A stretch of 20,000 nucleotides of DNA. Source: Chiloscyllium plagiosum (Eukaryota). Made by a program: the position numbers and the translations under genes. Below are positions 1 through 9,439 of this stretch, piece after piece (position 1 is the first letter of the stretch; each line of letters opens with the position of its first letter). The notes under the pieces are model-generated. The model saw only the letters and a list, made by a program, of their open reading frames with translations. It had not been told where the DNA came from and searched no databases. The stretch spans positions 330,038 to 350,037 of the forward strand of contig NW_025215381.1 of NCBI RefSeq assembly GCF_004010195.1, read 5' to 3'.

Positions 1-217
1 TTCAACTTGCAGTACTCTAGCTCTCTAGGTTCTCTGAACAGAACTCGTGCCCTAACTGAATTGAGCCAGAAAACAGCCCTGATTTAGCTCCATGGAATTT
101 GACTCTCTCACTCACCCAGATAGTTTGGACTGTTGTTCACTAACTCTTAATCTGATTGAAGTGGCTAATCAACACACTTCAATGGGGTCCTGACCTTTTT
201 TTCAAGGCAAAATCAAA

Positions 218-672
218 TAGAGCCATAGAATCCTACAGCATAGAATCATAAAGGAAACAGACTCTTCGGTCCAACCAGTCAATGCTGAGCATAATCCCAA
301 ACTAAACTAGTCCCACCTGCCTGCTCCTGGCCCATATCTGTATAAACCTTTCCTACTCATGTACTTCTCCCAATGTCTTTTAAAATTTGTAACCGTTCAC
401 CATATCCTCTGGAAGGGGGTTCCACACGTGAACACCCCGCCCCAGCACCTTGTAAAACATTTGGCCCTCATGTCTTTTTTAAATCTCCCTCCTCTCACCT
501 TATAAATGTCTCCCCATAGTCTTGAAATCCCCCATCCTAAGGAAAAAAACAATTGCCATTAACCCTGTCTGTACCCCTCGTGATCTAATTCGCTTCGATC
601 AGGTCACCTCTCAACCTCCTACACTCCAGTGAACAGAGTCCCAGCCTTTCTTTATAACTCGAACCTTCCATG
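218..672 (-). mobile_element. CR1/HER1-type LINE, 3' fragment
   Basis: Reverse strand reads MEGSSYKERLGLCSLECRRLRGDLIE (ORF2 C-terminus) and ends in GATTCTATG-type tail repeats. Confidence 0.85.
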
Positions 673-1539
673 TTGCAAGTATTTAAATGTTCTGTGTCTT
701 GACCAAAGGTGTTACATTTAATCATGCAATTCCCTTTATAAAAACAAAACAACAATCACAATAAAATGCTGCATAAAATATTGCATTCTTAGTGGAAACA
801 AGTGAACTCACCTAAGAGAATTTTTTGACTTCGTGCTCAGTATGGACCAATAGTTTGATAGTGTGGATGTTATATGGCAAGATGACTGGACACACAATCT
901 ATCAATGTTCATTCAAGTCCCTTGAAAATTTTAATTCATATTTAATAAATCTGGAAATGAGAGGACAGGGTCACTAAAAGTAACCAAGAAGCAAGAGGAC
1001 TGGAATATAAACCAACATAAATTATGCTGCAGCCGTGCAAAGTCCTGGTGAGACCCCTCTTGGAGTTCTGTGAGCAGACCTGGGCACCTTTCAAGGGAAT
1101 TATTGGCCTTAGAGGGAGTACGATGCAGGTTTACAAGAATGGGTTTCAAGTATTATATTATGAGGAAAAATTATACAAATTAGGCCAGTTTTCCTAGAGG
1201 TTAGAAGTTTAAGGGGTGACCCGTCCAAAGTCTTCAAGACATTACCAGGAAAAGACAGGGCAACTAATGATGAACTATTTCATCATACAAGTTGGAGATT
1301 CTAGAATTAGGGACCGTAGTCTGAGAATTAGGACCAGTCCATCAGGAGAGATGTTGGAAGTACCTTTAAACACAGAAAGAGTAGTAGAGCTTTGGAACTC
1401 TCTTCCGTGAAAGGCAATCAAAAAAAGATCAATTGTTCGTGTTCAATCTGAGATAGATAAATTTTTGTTTAGCGAAAGTATGAAGGAATATGGGCCAAAA
1501 GCAGATGTATAGAGCTCAGACACAGGTCAACTGTGATCT

Positions 1540-2104
1540 GTGGTCCGGTGGCTCAGTGGTTAGCACTGCTGCCTCACAGCACCAGGGACCCAGGTTCGAT
1601 TTGAGCCTCGGGCGACTGTCTGTGTGGAGTTTGCACGTTCTCAGTGTTTGTGTGGCTTTCCCCAGGTGCTCCAGTTTCTTTAGATTAGATTCCCTACAGT
1701 ATGGAAACAGGCCCTTTGGCCCAACAAGTCCACACTGACCCTCCAAAGAGCAACCCATTCCCCCACCCTATATTTACTCCTGACTAATGCACCTGACACT
1801 CTGGGCAATTTAGCATGTCCAATTCACCTGACCTGCACCTTTTGTTTTGATAGTGGGTGGAAACCGGAGCACCCGGAGGACTCCCACGCAGATACTGGGT
1901 TCCTCCCACACACCAAAGGGTTACGTGAATTGGCCATGCTAAATTGCCCATAGTGTTAAGGGATGTGTAGGTTAGGTACATTAGTCAGGGGTAAATATAG
2001 GATAATACGGTAGAGGAATGGATCTGGGTGGGTTACTCTTTGGAGGGTCAGTGTGGACTTGTTGGGCTGAAATGCTTGTTTCCACATTGTGGGGATTCTA
2101 TGAT
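1540..2104 (+). mobile_element. HE1-type tRNA-derived SINE, split by a second SINE (1540-1678 and 1900-2104)
   Basis: A box GTGGCTCAGTGG, B box GGTTCGATT, core ctgtctgtgtggagtttgcac, LINE-like tail gggattctatga. Confidence 0.9.
1679..1899 (-). mobile_element. 5'-truncated HE1-type SINE nested antisense in another HE1
   Basis: Reverse complement of HE1 3' part (tagattagattccctacagt...gaaaccggagcacccggagga..cacgcaga); host SINE continues on both sides. Confidence 0.88.
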
Positions 2105-2780
2105 GATATTGATGGCAGGACAGGTTCAAGTGGCTGAATACTCTTGTTCCTTTGAGCAAACTGAAGTCTTATGAGAAGATGAATTTTCATTTAATTCCTA
2201 ATTTTCAGTCCAATTGGTCTTGCTGTGCTTTATCTTTACAAACCCAACTGTTACCTTTGCTTACAATCTGCTTCAGACATCAATTTCACAGTTGCTTGAT
2301 TGGCTAGGGGAAATAGTTTGGTACCTCCACAATCTTTTCCCTGCAGACATATCTGAACATTGATGAGGCTCACCAGAAAGCCAAATGCAACTTCAGTCCT
2401 TGTGAGAAATAATGACCTGATGTATTGGTGTGGAGATCGTTGACATATAACTCACAGAATTAAAGAGTATCCCAAGAAGAAATTTGAATTCCAAAACTGA
2501 AGTTGAGCCAAAATCATTATTAAAGTGATATTGAATTTAGCTCCCAGAAGCACAATTATCCAGGAGTCTTTAAAAATCATTAGTTTCTTTCATACAATGC
2601 CGACTTCTGTTGAAGTGTAGAGTGACGTGCACTGACTGAGAGAAAACAAACTGAAAGCTCACTCAGAAGAAAGGATGGAGTGGTGCATGTTAGCTGCAAA
2701 TGGTACATTGCTCCATTAAATTAAGAAGAATCAAAAACAAAAAGAAAAAAATAAACAGAATATGGAAGACTGAGAACAAA

Positions 2781-2856
2781 GGAGGAGAGGATGACCTTGT
2801 TTTTCAATTATTAATTCTGCGACCTAGGTAATGTTCTGAGGACCTGGGTTCAAATC
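2781..2856 (+). mobile_element. 5' head fragment of a second tRNA-derived SINE family (SacSINE1-like)
   Basis: ttattaattctgcgacctaggtaatgttctgaggacctgggttcaaatc contains a B box and resembles the recalled shark SacSINE1 head; short and decayed. Confidence 0.5.
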
Positions 2857-2875
2857 TGTTTTTATTCTATTTTGG

Positions 2876-5233
2876 CCAATTAGGATCAGTCAGCATGTCT
2901 TAGAGCAGGGAAGGTCAGGTCTTATTAACTTGATTGAATTTTTCAAGGAGGTGTCAAAGGCGATCAATGTGGGTAGAGCAGTGGGCGTTTTCTACATCAG
3001 ATATTGTAAGGCTTTCAACAAGGTCCCTTTGGAATAGAAACTGGCTTTCTGAAAGAAGGCAGCGAGTGGTGGTTGATGGAAAATATTCAGCCTGGAGTCC
3101 GGTTGCTAGTAGTGTGCCACAAGGACCTATTTTGGGACCACTGCTGTTTGTCATTTTTATAAATGACTTAGACGCAGGCATAGGTGGATGGGTTAGTAAA
3201 TTTGCAGACGACACTAAAGTCGGTGGAGTAGTGGACAATGTGGAAGAACGTTACAGGTTGCAGGGGGACTTGGGTAAACTGCAGAATTAGGCTGAGAGGT
3301 GGCAAATGGAGTTCAATGCAGCTAAATGTGAGGTGATGCACATTGGGAAGAATAACAGGAAGGCAGAGTACTGGGTCAATGGAAAGATTCTTGGTAGTGT
3401 GGATGTGCAGAAGAATCTTGGAGTCCATGTATATAGATCCCTGAAAGTTGCCACCCAGGTGGATAGTGCTATTCAGAAGGCATACACTGTGTTAGGTTTC
3501 ATTTGTAGAGGGACTGAGTTCCAGAACTGCAATATCATGTGCAACTATACAAAACGCTGGTGCGGCCACACTTGGAATATTGTGTCCAGTTCTGGTTCCC
3601 ATATTTCGGGAAGGATGTGGAAGCATTGGAAAAGGTGCAGAGGAGATTTACCATGATGTTTCCTGGTCTGGAGGGAAGGTCTTATGAGGAAAGGCTGAGA
3701 GACTTGGGTCTGTTCTCATTGAAAAGAAGAAGGTTAAGAAGGGATTTGATAGAGACATACAAGATGATCAGAGGATTAGATAGGGTAGACATTGAAAGAC
3801 TTTTCCCTAGGATGATGACGTCAGCTTGTATAAGAGGGCACAACTACAAATTGAAGGGTGATAGATTTAAGACAGATGTCAGAGGAAGGTTCTTTACGCA
3901 GAGAGTGGTAAGGGTGTGGAATGCCCTACCTGCTAATGTAGTTAACTCAGCCGCATTAGGGAGATTTAAACAATCCTTGGATAAGCACACGGATGATTTT
4001 GGGATAGTGTAGAGGGACGAGCTGAGAATAGTTCACAGGTCGGCGCAACATCGAGGGCTGAAGGGCTTGTTCTGCGCTGTATTATTCTATGTTCTATGGT
4101 AGGCTCATCCAGAAGGTTAAGATATATGGAATCCACAGTGACTTGGCCATGTGAATTCAGAATTGGTTTGCCCATAAAAGGCAGAGGGTGGTGGTGGAAG
4201 AGTGTTTTTCAGGATAGAGGTCTGTGACTAGTAATGTTCCACAGGGATCCATATTAAGCCCTCTTGATGTTTGTGATCTATGTAAATGGTTTGGATAAAC
4301 ATGTAGATGGCTAGGTTAGGAAGTTTACAAATGATACAAAGATTGGTGGAGTTATGGGCAGTGTAGAAGGTTGTCAAAGGAAATAGCAGGATATATCAGT
4401 CTCAAGTATGGGTGGTGAAGTGGCAGGTGGAGTTTAATCTCTAAGTGTGAGTTACTGCACTTTGAGAGATTAAATGTTAAAGGAAAGTATATGTTAATAG
4501 CAGAAGCCTGAACAGCATTGATGTACAAAGGGATCAGGTTCAAGTCCATAGCTCCTGAAAGTGGCCACTCAAATAGATGGAATGGTAAAGAAGGAATATG
4601 GCATGCTTGTCTTTATTGGTTGAGGAATTTAGTGCAAGAATCAGGATGCATTTGAAGATTTTTAAGACTTTGGTTAGACCACACTTCGATTATTGGGTTC
4701 AGTTGTGGTTGCCATATTACCGGAAGGATGTGGAAGCTTGGGAGACAGTGCAGGAAAGGTTTACCAGGATGCTGCCTGGATTGGAGGCTATGAGCTAAAA
4801 GGGGAAGAGAGAAAAAGTCAGGTTGTTTTCTCTGGAGCCGTGGAGGCTGAGGGGAGACTTGATGAAAGTCTATAAAATTCTGAGATGTATAAATAGGGTT
4901 GACAGAATCTTTTTCCCAGAGTTGAAACATCTAAATCTAACAATTAGAGGGCATGCATTTAAGGTAAGAGGAGGAAAATTCAAAGGAGATGTGAGGGACA
5001 AAGTTTTTACACAGAGAGTAGTAGGAATCTGGATTGTGATGCCAGGGGCAGTGATGGAGGCAGATATGATAGGGTCGTTTAAGGGATATTTGATAAGCAC
5101 ATATCACTGCATTTATTGCATATCTATGTACATTGGGCAAGCAGAAGGGACTAGTTTAATTTCTATTGTGTTTGGCACAATGTCATGGGCCGAAGGGCCT
5201 ATTTCTATGATGTACTGTTCTATGTTCTATTCT
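2876..5233 (+). mobile_element. Older CR1-type LINE RT/3' region (2876-3028 and ~4095-5233), split by a younger CR1
   Basis: SQH..GRS.LINLIEFFKEV...KAFNKVP before 3029 continues as GRLIQKVKIYGIHSDL..IQNWF.HKRQRVVV after ~4095; decayed F(A)DDTKIGG, LVRPH, RLRGDL motifs; (GTTCTAT)n tail ~5216-5233. Confidence 0.88.
3029..4098 (+). mobile_element. Younger 5'-truncated CR1-type LINE (RT C-terminal half + 3' UTR), nonfunctional
   Basis: NWLSERRQRVVVDG, VPQGPILGPLLF, SKFADDTK, LVRPHLEYCVQFW, RFFTQRVVRVWNALP; stop and frameshift present; tail ttctatgttctatg. Confidence 0.93.
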
Positions 5234-5299
5234 GTTTTTGTTTCAGATCTCCATCTGCCATGTTCTTATCTGTCTAAATCCTTCTGAAAATATTTTCAA

Positions 5300-6310
5300 T
5301 TTGCCTCACGTATCACATTCCCACTGATCTGCAGATTTAGAAATGTTACATTTGCACTCCATCTCCGATTCATTGACATACATTGTGAACAGCTGAGGGC
5401 TAAGTACTGATCCTTGTGGTACCCATCAGTTACAGCCTGACAATATGAGAATGGCCCATTTATTGCTCTGCTGTTATCTGTTTGTTAGCCAGTACTTAAT
5501 CCATGGCAGGACATTATGTCCATCCTGTGTGCTTTAATTTGGCTAGTCAGCCATCTGTGGGGGAACAAAGCAAAACTCATTGGAAACTCCAAGAATAGTG
5601 CTTCCATGAACCCCCATTCAGCAACATTGTTTGTAGCATTCTCAAAAGCATCCAATAAGGGCAGGACAGTGCTTCGGTGGTTAGCACTGCTGCCTTACAG
5701 TACCAGAGACCCAGGTTCAATTCCAGCCTTGGGTGACTGTCTGTGTGGAGTTTGCACATTCATCCTGTGTCTGCGTGGGTTTGCTTTGGTTTCCTCCCAC
5801 TGTCCAAAGATGTGGTGGATCGGCTGTGCAGTTGAGGTGGATTAGCTGTGGGAAGTGTAAGGGCACAGTGTGGGATGCTCTTCAGAGTGTCACTGTGGAC
5901 TCTATGGGCTGAATGGACTGCTCCCGCACGGCAGGGATTTATTCTAAGTTTGTGAAATGTATTTTGCTTTTTGCAAATCAATGCTGATGATATCCAACAA
6001 CATCATTCTCATCCAAGTGTTCACTTATCACATCTTTTCTAATCAATTCTAGTATTTTCTTTATTGTCAATGTGAGGCTGAATGTCAATGTCAATGTGTG
6101 CACGGCTTATAGAGAATGGTAATCCTGAAGATTTATCAATCCTGAGGATATGTCAGCCCCAGTAATTATTCCACTCTACCCTCTTAATACAAATTTCCTT
6201 CAACTCCTCATTCACTCTCTTAGATCGTTAATTCTGGGGATTTCTTGAATCCTTATCAGTGAAAACAGACACTGAGTAACCATTTACCTTCTCTATTTCC
6301 CAAGATAACT
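5300..6310 (-). mobile_element. Old CR1-type LINE RT fragment, interrupted by HE1 at 5659-5944
   Basis: Reverse strand: EKVNGYSVSVFT, SLTLTIKKILELIRKDVISEHL..QH*F.K.K..FTN|LLDAFE..PHRW..QIKAH, VPQGSVL. Confidence 0.75.
5659..5944 (+). mobile_element. HE1-type SINE (diverged)
   Basis: ggtggttagcactgctgcc, B box ggttcaattcc, core and tail; flanked by TAAG on both sides. Confidence 0.88.
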
Positions 6311-6569
6311 TCATTCGGGGGTAAGGCAATAGAAACACAATTTTTTTTAGTACAGAAGTCTTTGTACCAGCTCCCAAAAAAGCTATCCAGCTAGTCCCAC
6401 TCTCCAGTGCTATCTCTGTAGCCCTCAAAATTCATCACCATATGTCCTGCTCTCTAAGCTGTGCACATGTGCACTCTCTCTGATATTCCACACTTGTTAA
6501 TCATCATCAGCACACTGAAAGCAATATTGACGTCTAGTTCCAGAGGTCGCTGCCACACAGAGGCCCATA

Positions 6570-6710
6570 CAGCAGTAGGAAAATTGATGAAAGACTTTGA
6601 TAGTATTCATTCCAGATTGTTGAAGAAAGTGGCGATAGAGGTAATTGATGCATTGTTGATCATCTCAGAAAATGCGATAGATTCTAAAATAATTCCTTCT
6701 GGAAGCTAGC
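6570..6710 (+). mobile_element. Short CR1-type ORF2 fragment
   Basis: DSIHSRLLKKVAIEVIDALLIISENAIDSKIIP aligns by eye to DGLHPRVLKEVAPEIVDALVIIFQSAIDSGSVP in the CR1 at ~19856-19955. Confidence 0.8.
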
Positions 6711-6712
6711 AT

Positions 6713-6988
6713 CCAGGGACCCGGGTTCGATTCCGACCTTGGGCGACTGTCTGTGTGGAGTTTGCATATTCTCTTCATGTCTGTGTGGGTTTCCTCCCAC
6801 AATCCAAAGATGTGCAGGTGAGAGTGAATTTGCCCATAGTGTTCAGGGATGTGTAGGTTAGGTGCATTAGTCAGGGGTAATATCGGATAACAGGGTAGAG
6901 GGGTGGATTACTCTTCGGAGGGCCGGTGTGGACTTGTTGGACCAAAAGGCCTGTTTCCACACTGCAGGGATTCTATTCTATTCTATTC
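6713..6988 (+). mobile_element. HE1-type SINE lacking A box
   Basis: Begins ccagggacccgggttcgattcc; ends gggattctattctattctattc. Confidence 0.9.
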
Positions 6989-7059
6989 CCAACTCTTTGC
7001 TGACAAACTTGAAATTGTGACCCCTAGTCACTGACATACAGAATATCTTTCTTTGCCCT

Positions 7060-7379
7060 CATAGAATCCCTACAGTGTAGAAACAATCCATTTGGCCCAT
7101 TGAATCCAGACTGGCCCTCCAAAGAACATCCACCCTACCCTATCACCGTGCATTTCCCAAGGCCAATCCACATAGCCTGCCCATCCTGGATACTATGTGA
7201 CAATTTAGTAAGGTTAATACACCTGTCCTGCACATCTTTGGCCTGTGGGAGGAAACCAAAGCACTCGGAGGAAACCCACGCAGACACAGGGAGAATGTGC
7301 AAACTCCACACAGACAGTAACCTGAAGTGGGGATCAAACCTGGGTGCTGTGAGGCAGCAGTGCTAACTACTGAGCCTCC
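7060..7379 (-). mobile_element. HE1-type SINE, near full length
   Basis: catagaatccctacagtg ... gcaaactccacacagacag ... gaggcagcagtgctaactactgagcc. Confidence 0.9.
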
Positions 7380-7578
7380 GTTTCCCTCCCGATTTCTGAA
7401 TTTGTATGCTTCAAACAGAATAAACCAAATTTTCTGTCATCTTTCTTTTTTTAGATTACTTTACTTTAGATTACTTTACAGTGTGGAAACAGGCCCTTCG
7501 GCCCAACAAGTCGTTTCCCTCCCGATTTCTGAATTTGTATGCTTCAAACAGAATAAACCAAATTTTCTGTCATCTTTC
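7379..7578 (+). repeat. Perfect 67-bp direct repeat (7379-7445 = 7512-7578) flanking a minus-strand HE1 3' stub (7446-7511)
   Basis: Base-by-base identical cgtttccctccc...ctgtcatctttc; spacer is the reverse complement of an HE1 tail. Confidence 0.95.
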
Positions 7579-7810
7579 CTTGCATCTAAAATCCCTCATT
7601 TCTGATATCATCCTTGTATATCCCTTTGCACTCTCTCCAGGGCTTAATACCTTCCTTAAATAAACACCTTTCATAGTGATTTCACAGTCAGCCCAACATT
7701 TACCTGAGACGAATGGTATTCGGATCAATGGAGATGAGGGGTGATCTCACTGTGGGCTTAAAATGCTCTAAAGATTTGGGGAGGTTTCTTATTGTGAGTA
7801 CCCTGTTCAA

Positions 7811-8014
7811 TACAATCCAACGATGTGCAGGTTAGGTGAATGGGACAGCTAAGTTGGCTATAGTGTTCAGAGATATGTAGGTTAGGTGCATTAGTCAGGA
7901 GTAAATATTGGATAATAGGGTAGGGAAATGGGTCTTGATGGTTACTCTTCGGAGGGTCAGTGTGGGATTTGTTGGGCTGAAGGCCCTGTTTCCACACTGT
8001 AGGGATTCTATGAT
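7811..8014 (+). mobile_element. 5'-truncated HE1-type SINE
   Basis: caatccaacgatgtgcaggttaggtgaa ... ctgtttccacactgtagggattctatga. Confidence 0.9.
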
Positions 8015-8231
8015 ATAAGGTGCCCAGAACTTTACACAGTACTAGTCTGAACAAGGAATTGTAGGAGTATCATATCACTTACTTGCTTTTATACTTTATC
8101 CATCTGTTTACAAACCTGAGGATCATATAAGCCTTTGCACAACTGCTTCAGCTTGCCTGACCTGCCTGATTTAGTCCAGAGCTGAGGAATAAATTGTGTT
8201 TTTTCTTTGTTGTCAGTTTAAATGGCATGAG

Positions 8232-8342
8232 AAAAAGCATTTTTGACAAACTGTTGCATCAAAGGTTCCTACACAGAACCAGAGTCCATGAGCCCCTGGG
8301 TAAGAGATGAGCATGAATGGAGAGTTGACTCACAACAAGAAA
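8232..8342 (+). mobile_element. Decayed CR1-type RT fragment
   Basis: Resembles KAFDKVPHQRLLHKIRAHG..WIESWLTNRK motif, with indels. Confidence 0.55.
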
Positions 8343-8556
8343 CCTCCCCAAATCTTCAGATCATTTTAAGCCCACAGTGAGATCGTCACTCATCTCTGTT
8401 GATCAGAATACCATTCATCTCAGGTATATGTTGGGATGATTCCTATTCAATCACTATGAAAGGAGCTTAAACCCAGTTCATCCCCATGTTTGCTCACTCC
8501 AGTTGTAATAGCCCATTGAGTTTCTCATTTTGGAGCTTGAAGGAATATAATCCCAA

Positions 8557-8704
8557 TCATTAGATGGTCACTCAATAGTTCCCAGGAAACTCTTTCTAAT
8601 GAAGTCAGAGAGCCATCATCAAGAGTCTTGGATCGAATCTGTTTGTTTCAGTGACTCTAGTTACTGCAAAAGATCAAAACAAAATTTAATTGCCTCCCTG
8701 GAGA
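8557..8704 (+). promoter_or_regulatory. Putative homeodomain + O/E(EBF)-like motif cluster in GPCR proximal promoter
   Basis: TCATTA 8557-8562, TTCCCAGGAAA 8579-8589, TAATGA 8597-8602, and adjacent TAATTG-CC-TCCCTGGAGA 8687-8704. The motifs are short and their function is inferred only. Confidence 0.4.
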
Positions 8705-8715
8705 CTGAGCTCAGA

Positions 8716-8723
8716 TATAAATA
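8716..8723 (+). promoter_or_regulatory. TATA box of the GPCR gene
   Basis: TATAAATA beginning 46 nt upstream of the ATG, in non-repeat sequence. Confidence 0.6.
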
Positions 8724-8761
8724 TCTCAAGCATTCAATGCACTGCAGAGTGTCTGATAGAA

Positions 8762-8831
8762 ATGCATGGAACTCCGAAAGGTCTGGTATTTGCATTCTAT
8801 TACCCTATCCTTGCAGTAGTCGGTGTTCCAG
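8762..8831 (+). CDS. Exon 1 of class A GPCR, GPR139/GPR142-like (chondrichthyan-expanded family); encodes MHGTPKGLVFAFYYPILAVVGVP + first base of Ala
   Basis: ATG at 8762 in gaaATGc, ~40 nt after TATAAATA. Hydrophobic TM1 start YYPILAVVGVP ends at donor CAG|GTGAGG (GT at 8832). The 70 nt phase-1 exon joins exon 2 in frame (G+CT=Ala), giving TM1 motif GVPANL. Confidence 0.9.
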
Positions 8832-9157
8832 GTGAGGTATTGCAGTCAATTCCTAGCTTTGGAAAGCAATGTTTAAATGCCTTATTGCTCCTGTGTGCCG
8901 ATATTGTCACTCATTTTAGATGTGTCATGTTACTCCCCACTCTTTTAGGATGGTCATGTTTTTCCCTTGAACATCTCTCCCTGTCAAACTACACTGTACC
9001 CTATTATTGAATTCTTTGTTTTAGTGGCAGTACCTCTCTGCATCAATGATATAACTTCTCTCATTTAATGGTACAGAATTTTGTTCTCTTAGAATTTGAT
9101 TTAATGCCTGTAATGACATCATGTGTGGCTAAAATTTCTGCACAGTCATCACATTAG

Positions 9158-9232
9158 AATTGAAATGTTAACTCTGTTTCTCTCTTTACAAAGGCTGCCA
9201 GATCTGTAGAGATTCACCAGCACCTTCAGATT
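9158..9232 (+). mobile_element. Short decayed Penelope-like terminal fragment in intron
   Basis: gaaatgttaactctgtttctctctttacaaaggctgccagatctg resembles a recalled shark Penelope-associated repeat. Confidence 0.4.
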
Positions 9233-9439
9233 CAATTGGAACTCTTATTTTATCAGTGGAATATCTCTGCTCTTTAACCACACAGATATTTTACAATCGA
9301 TGGAACATTCCATTTGCTCCTTTGAATGCAGACTGTTAGCAGTCTTCCCAGTGACAGTTTGGTGGATTGAAGAGTGCAGCTGTAGAATTGCCAACCTCAA
9401 AGAGTGGAAGCCCTCATACTTTTATCAATGTATTACTTA

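Larger units (their letters stand above)
975..2155 (+). mobile_element. Old CR1-type LINE 3' fragment (975-1539 and 2105-2155), interrupted by SINEs
   Basis: Decayed KVLVRPLLEFCEQTWAP..ALEGVRCRFTRM and RVVELWNSLP motifs; 3' UTR resumes after the SINE (gatggcaggacaggttcaagtggctgaa). Confidence 0.75.
6329..8168 (-). mobile_element. Old CR1-type LINE 3' region in pieces (~6329-6450, ~6989-7059, 7380-7663, 8015-8168)
   Basis: Reverse strand gives decayed YCVKFWAPY|LRK..LERVQ..TRMISEMRDF across the 7664-8014 insertion; 3' UTR-like sequence at 6329-6450. Joining the leftmost pieces is less certain. Confidence 0.6.
7661..8469. repeat. ~140-bp diverged inverted repeat (7661-7799 vs 8328-8469)
   Basis: e.g. 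gatctcactgtgggcttaaaatg (7743-7765) is the exact reverse complement of cattttaagcccacagtgagatc (8362-8384); about 85% identity overall by eye. Confidence 0.92.

Noticed and set aside
1..215. Possible LTR remnant at the window start
   Set aside because: No termini, PBS or second copy visible to support it.
7379..7578. CRISPR-like repeat-spacer-repeat
   Set aside because: Only two 67-bp units, spacer is a SINE tail, eukaryotic context, no cas genes.
7661..8469. MITE/DNA transposon with 140-bp TIRs
   Set aside because: The interior contains the continuation of the CR1 lying outside the left arm, and the TSD brackets 7664-8014 rather than both arms.
8690..9010. 106-aa ORF as a standalone gene
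   Set aside because: Only 8762-8831 is GPCR-like; the rest is promoter and intron read-through.
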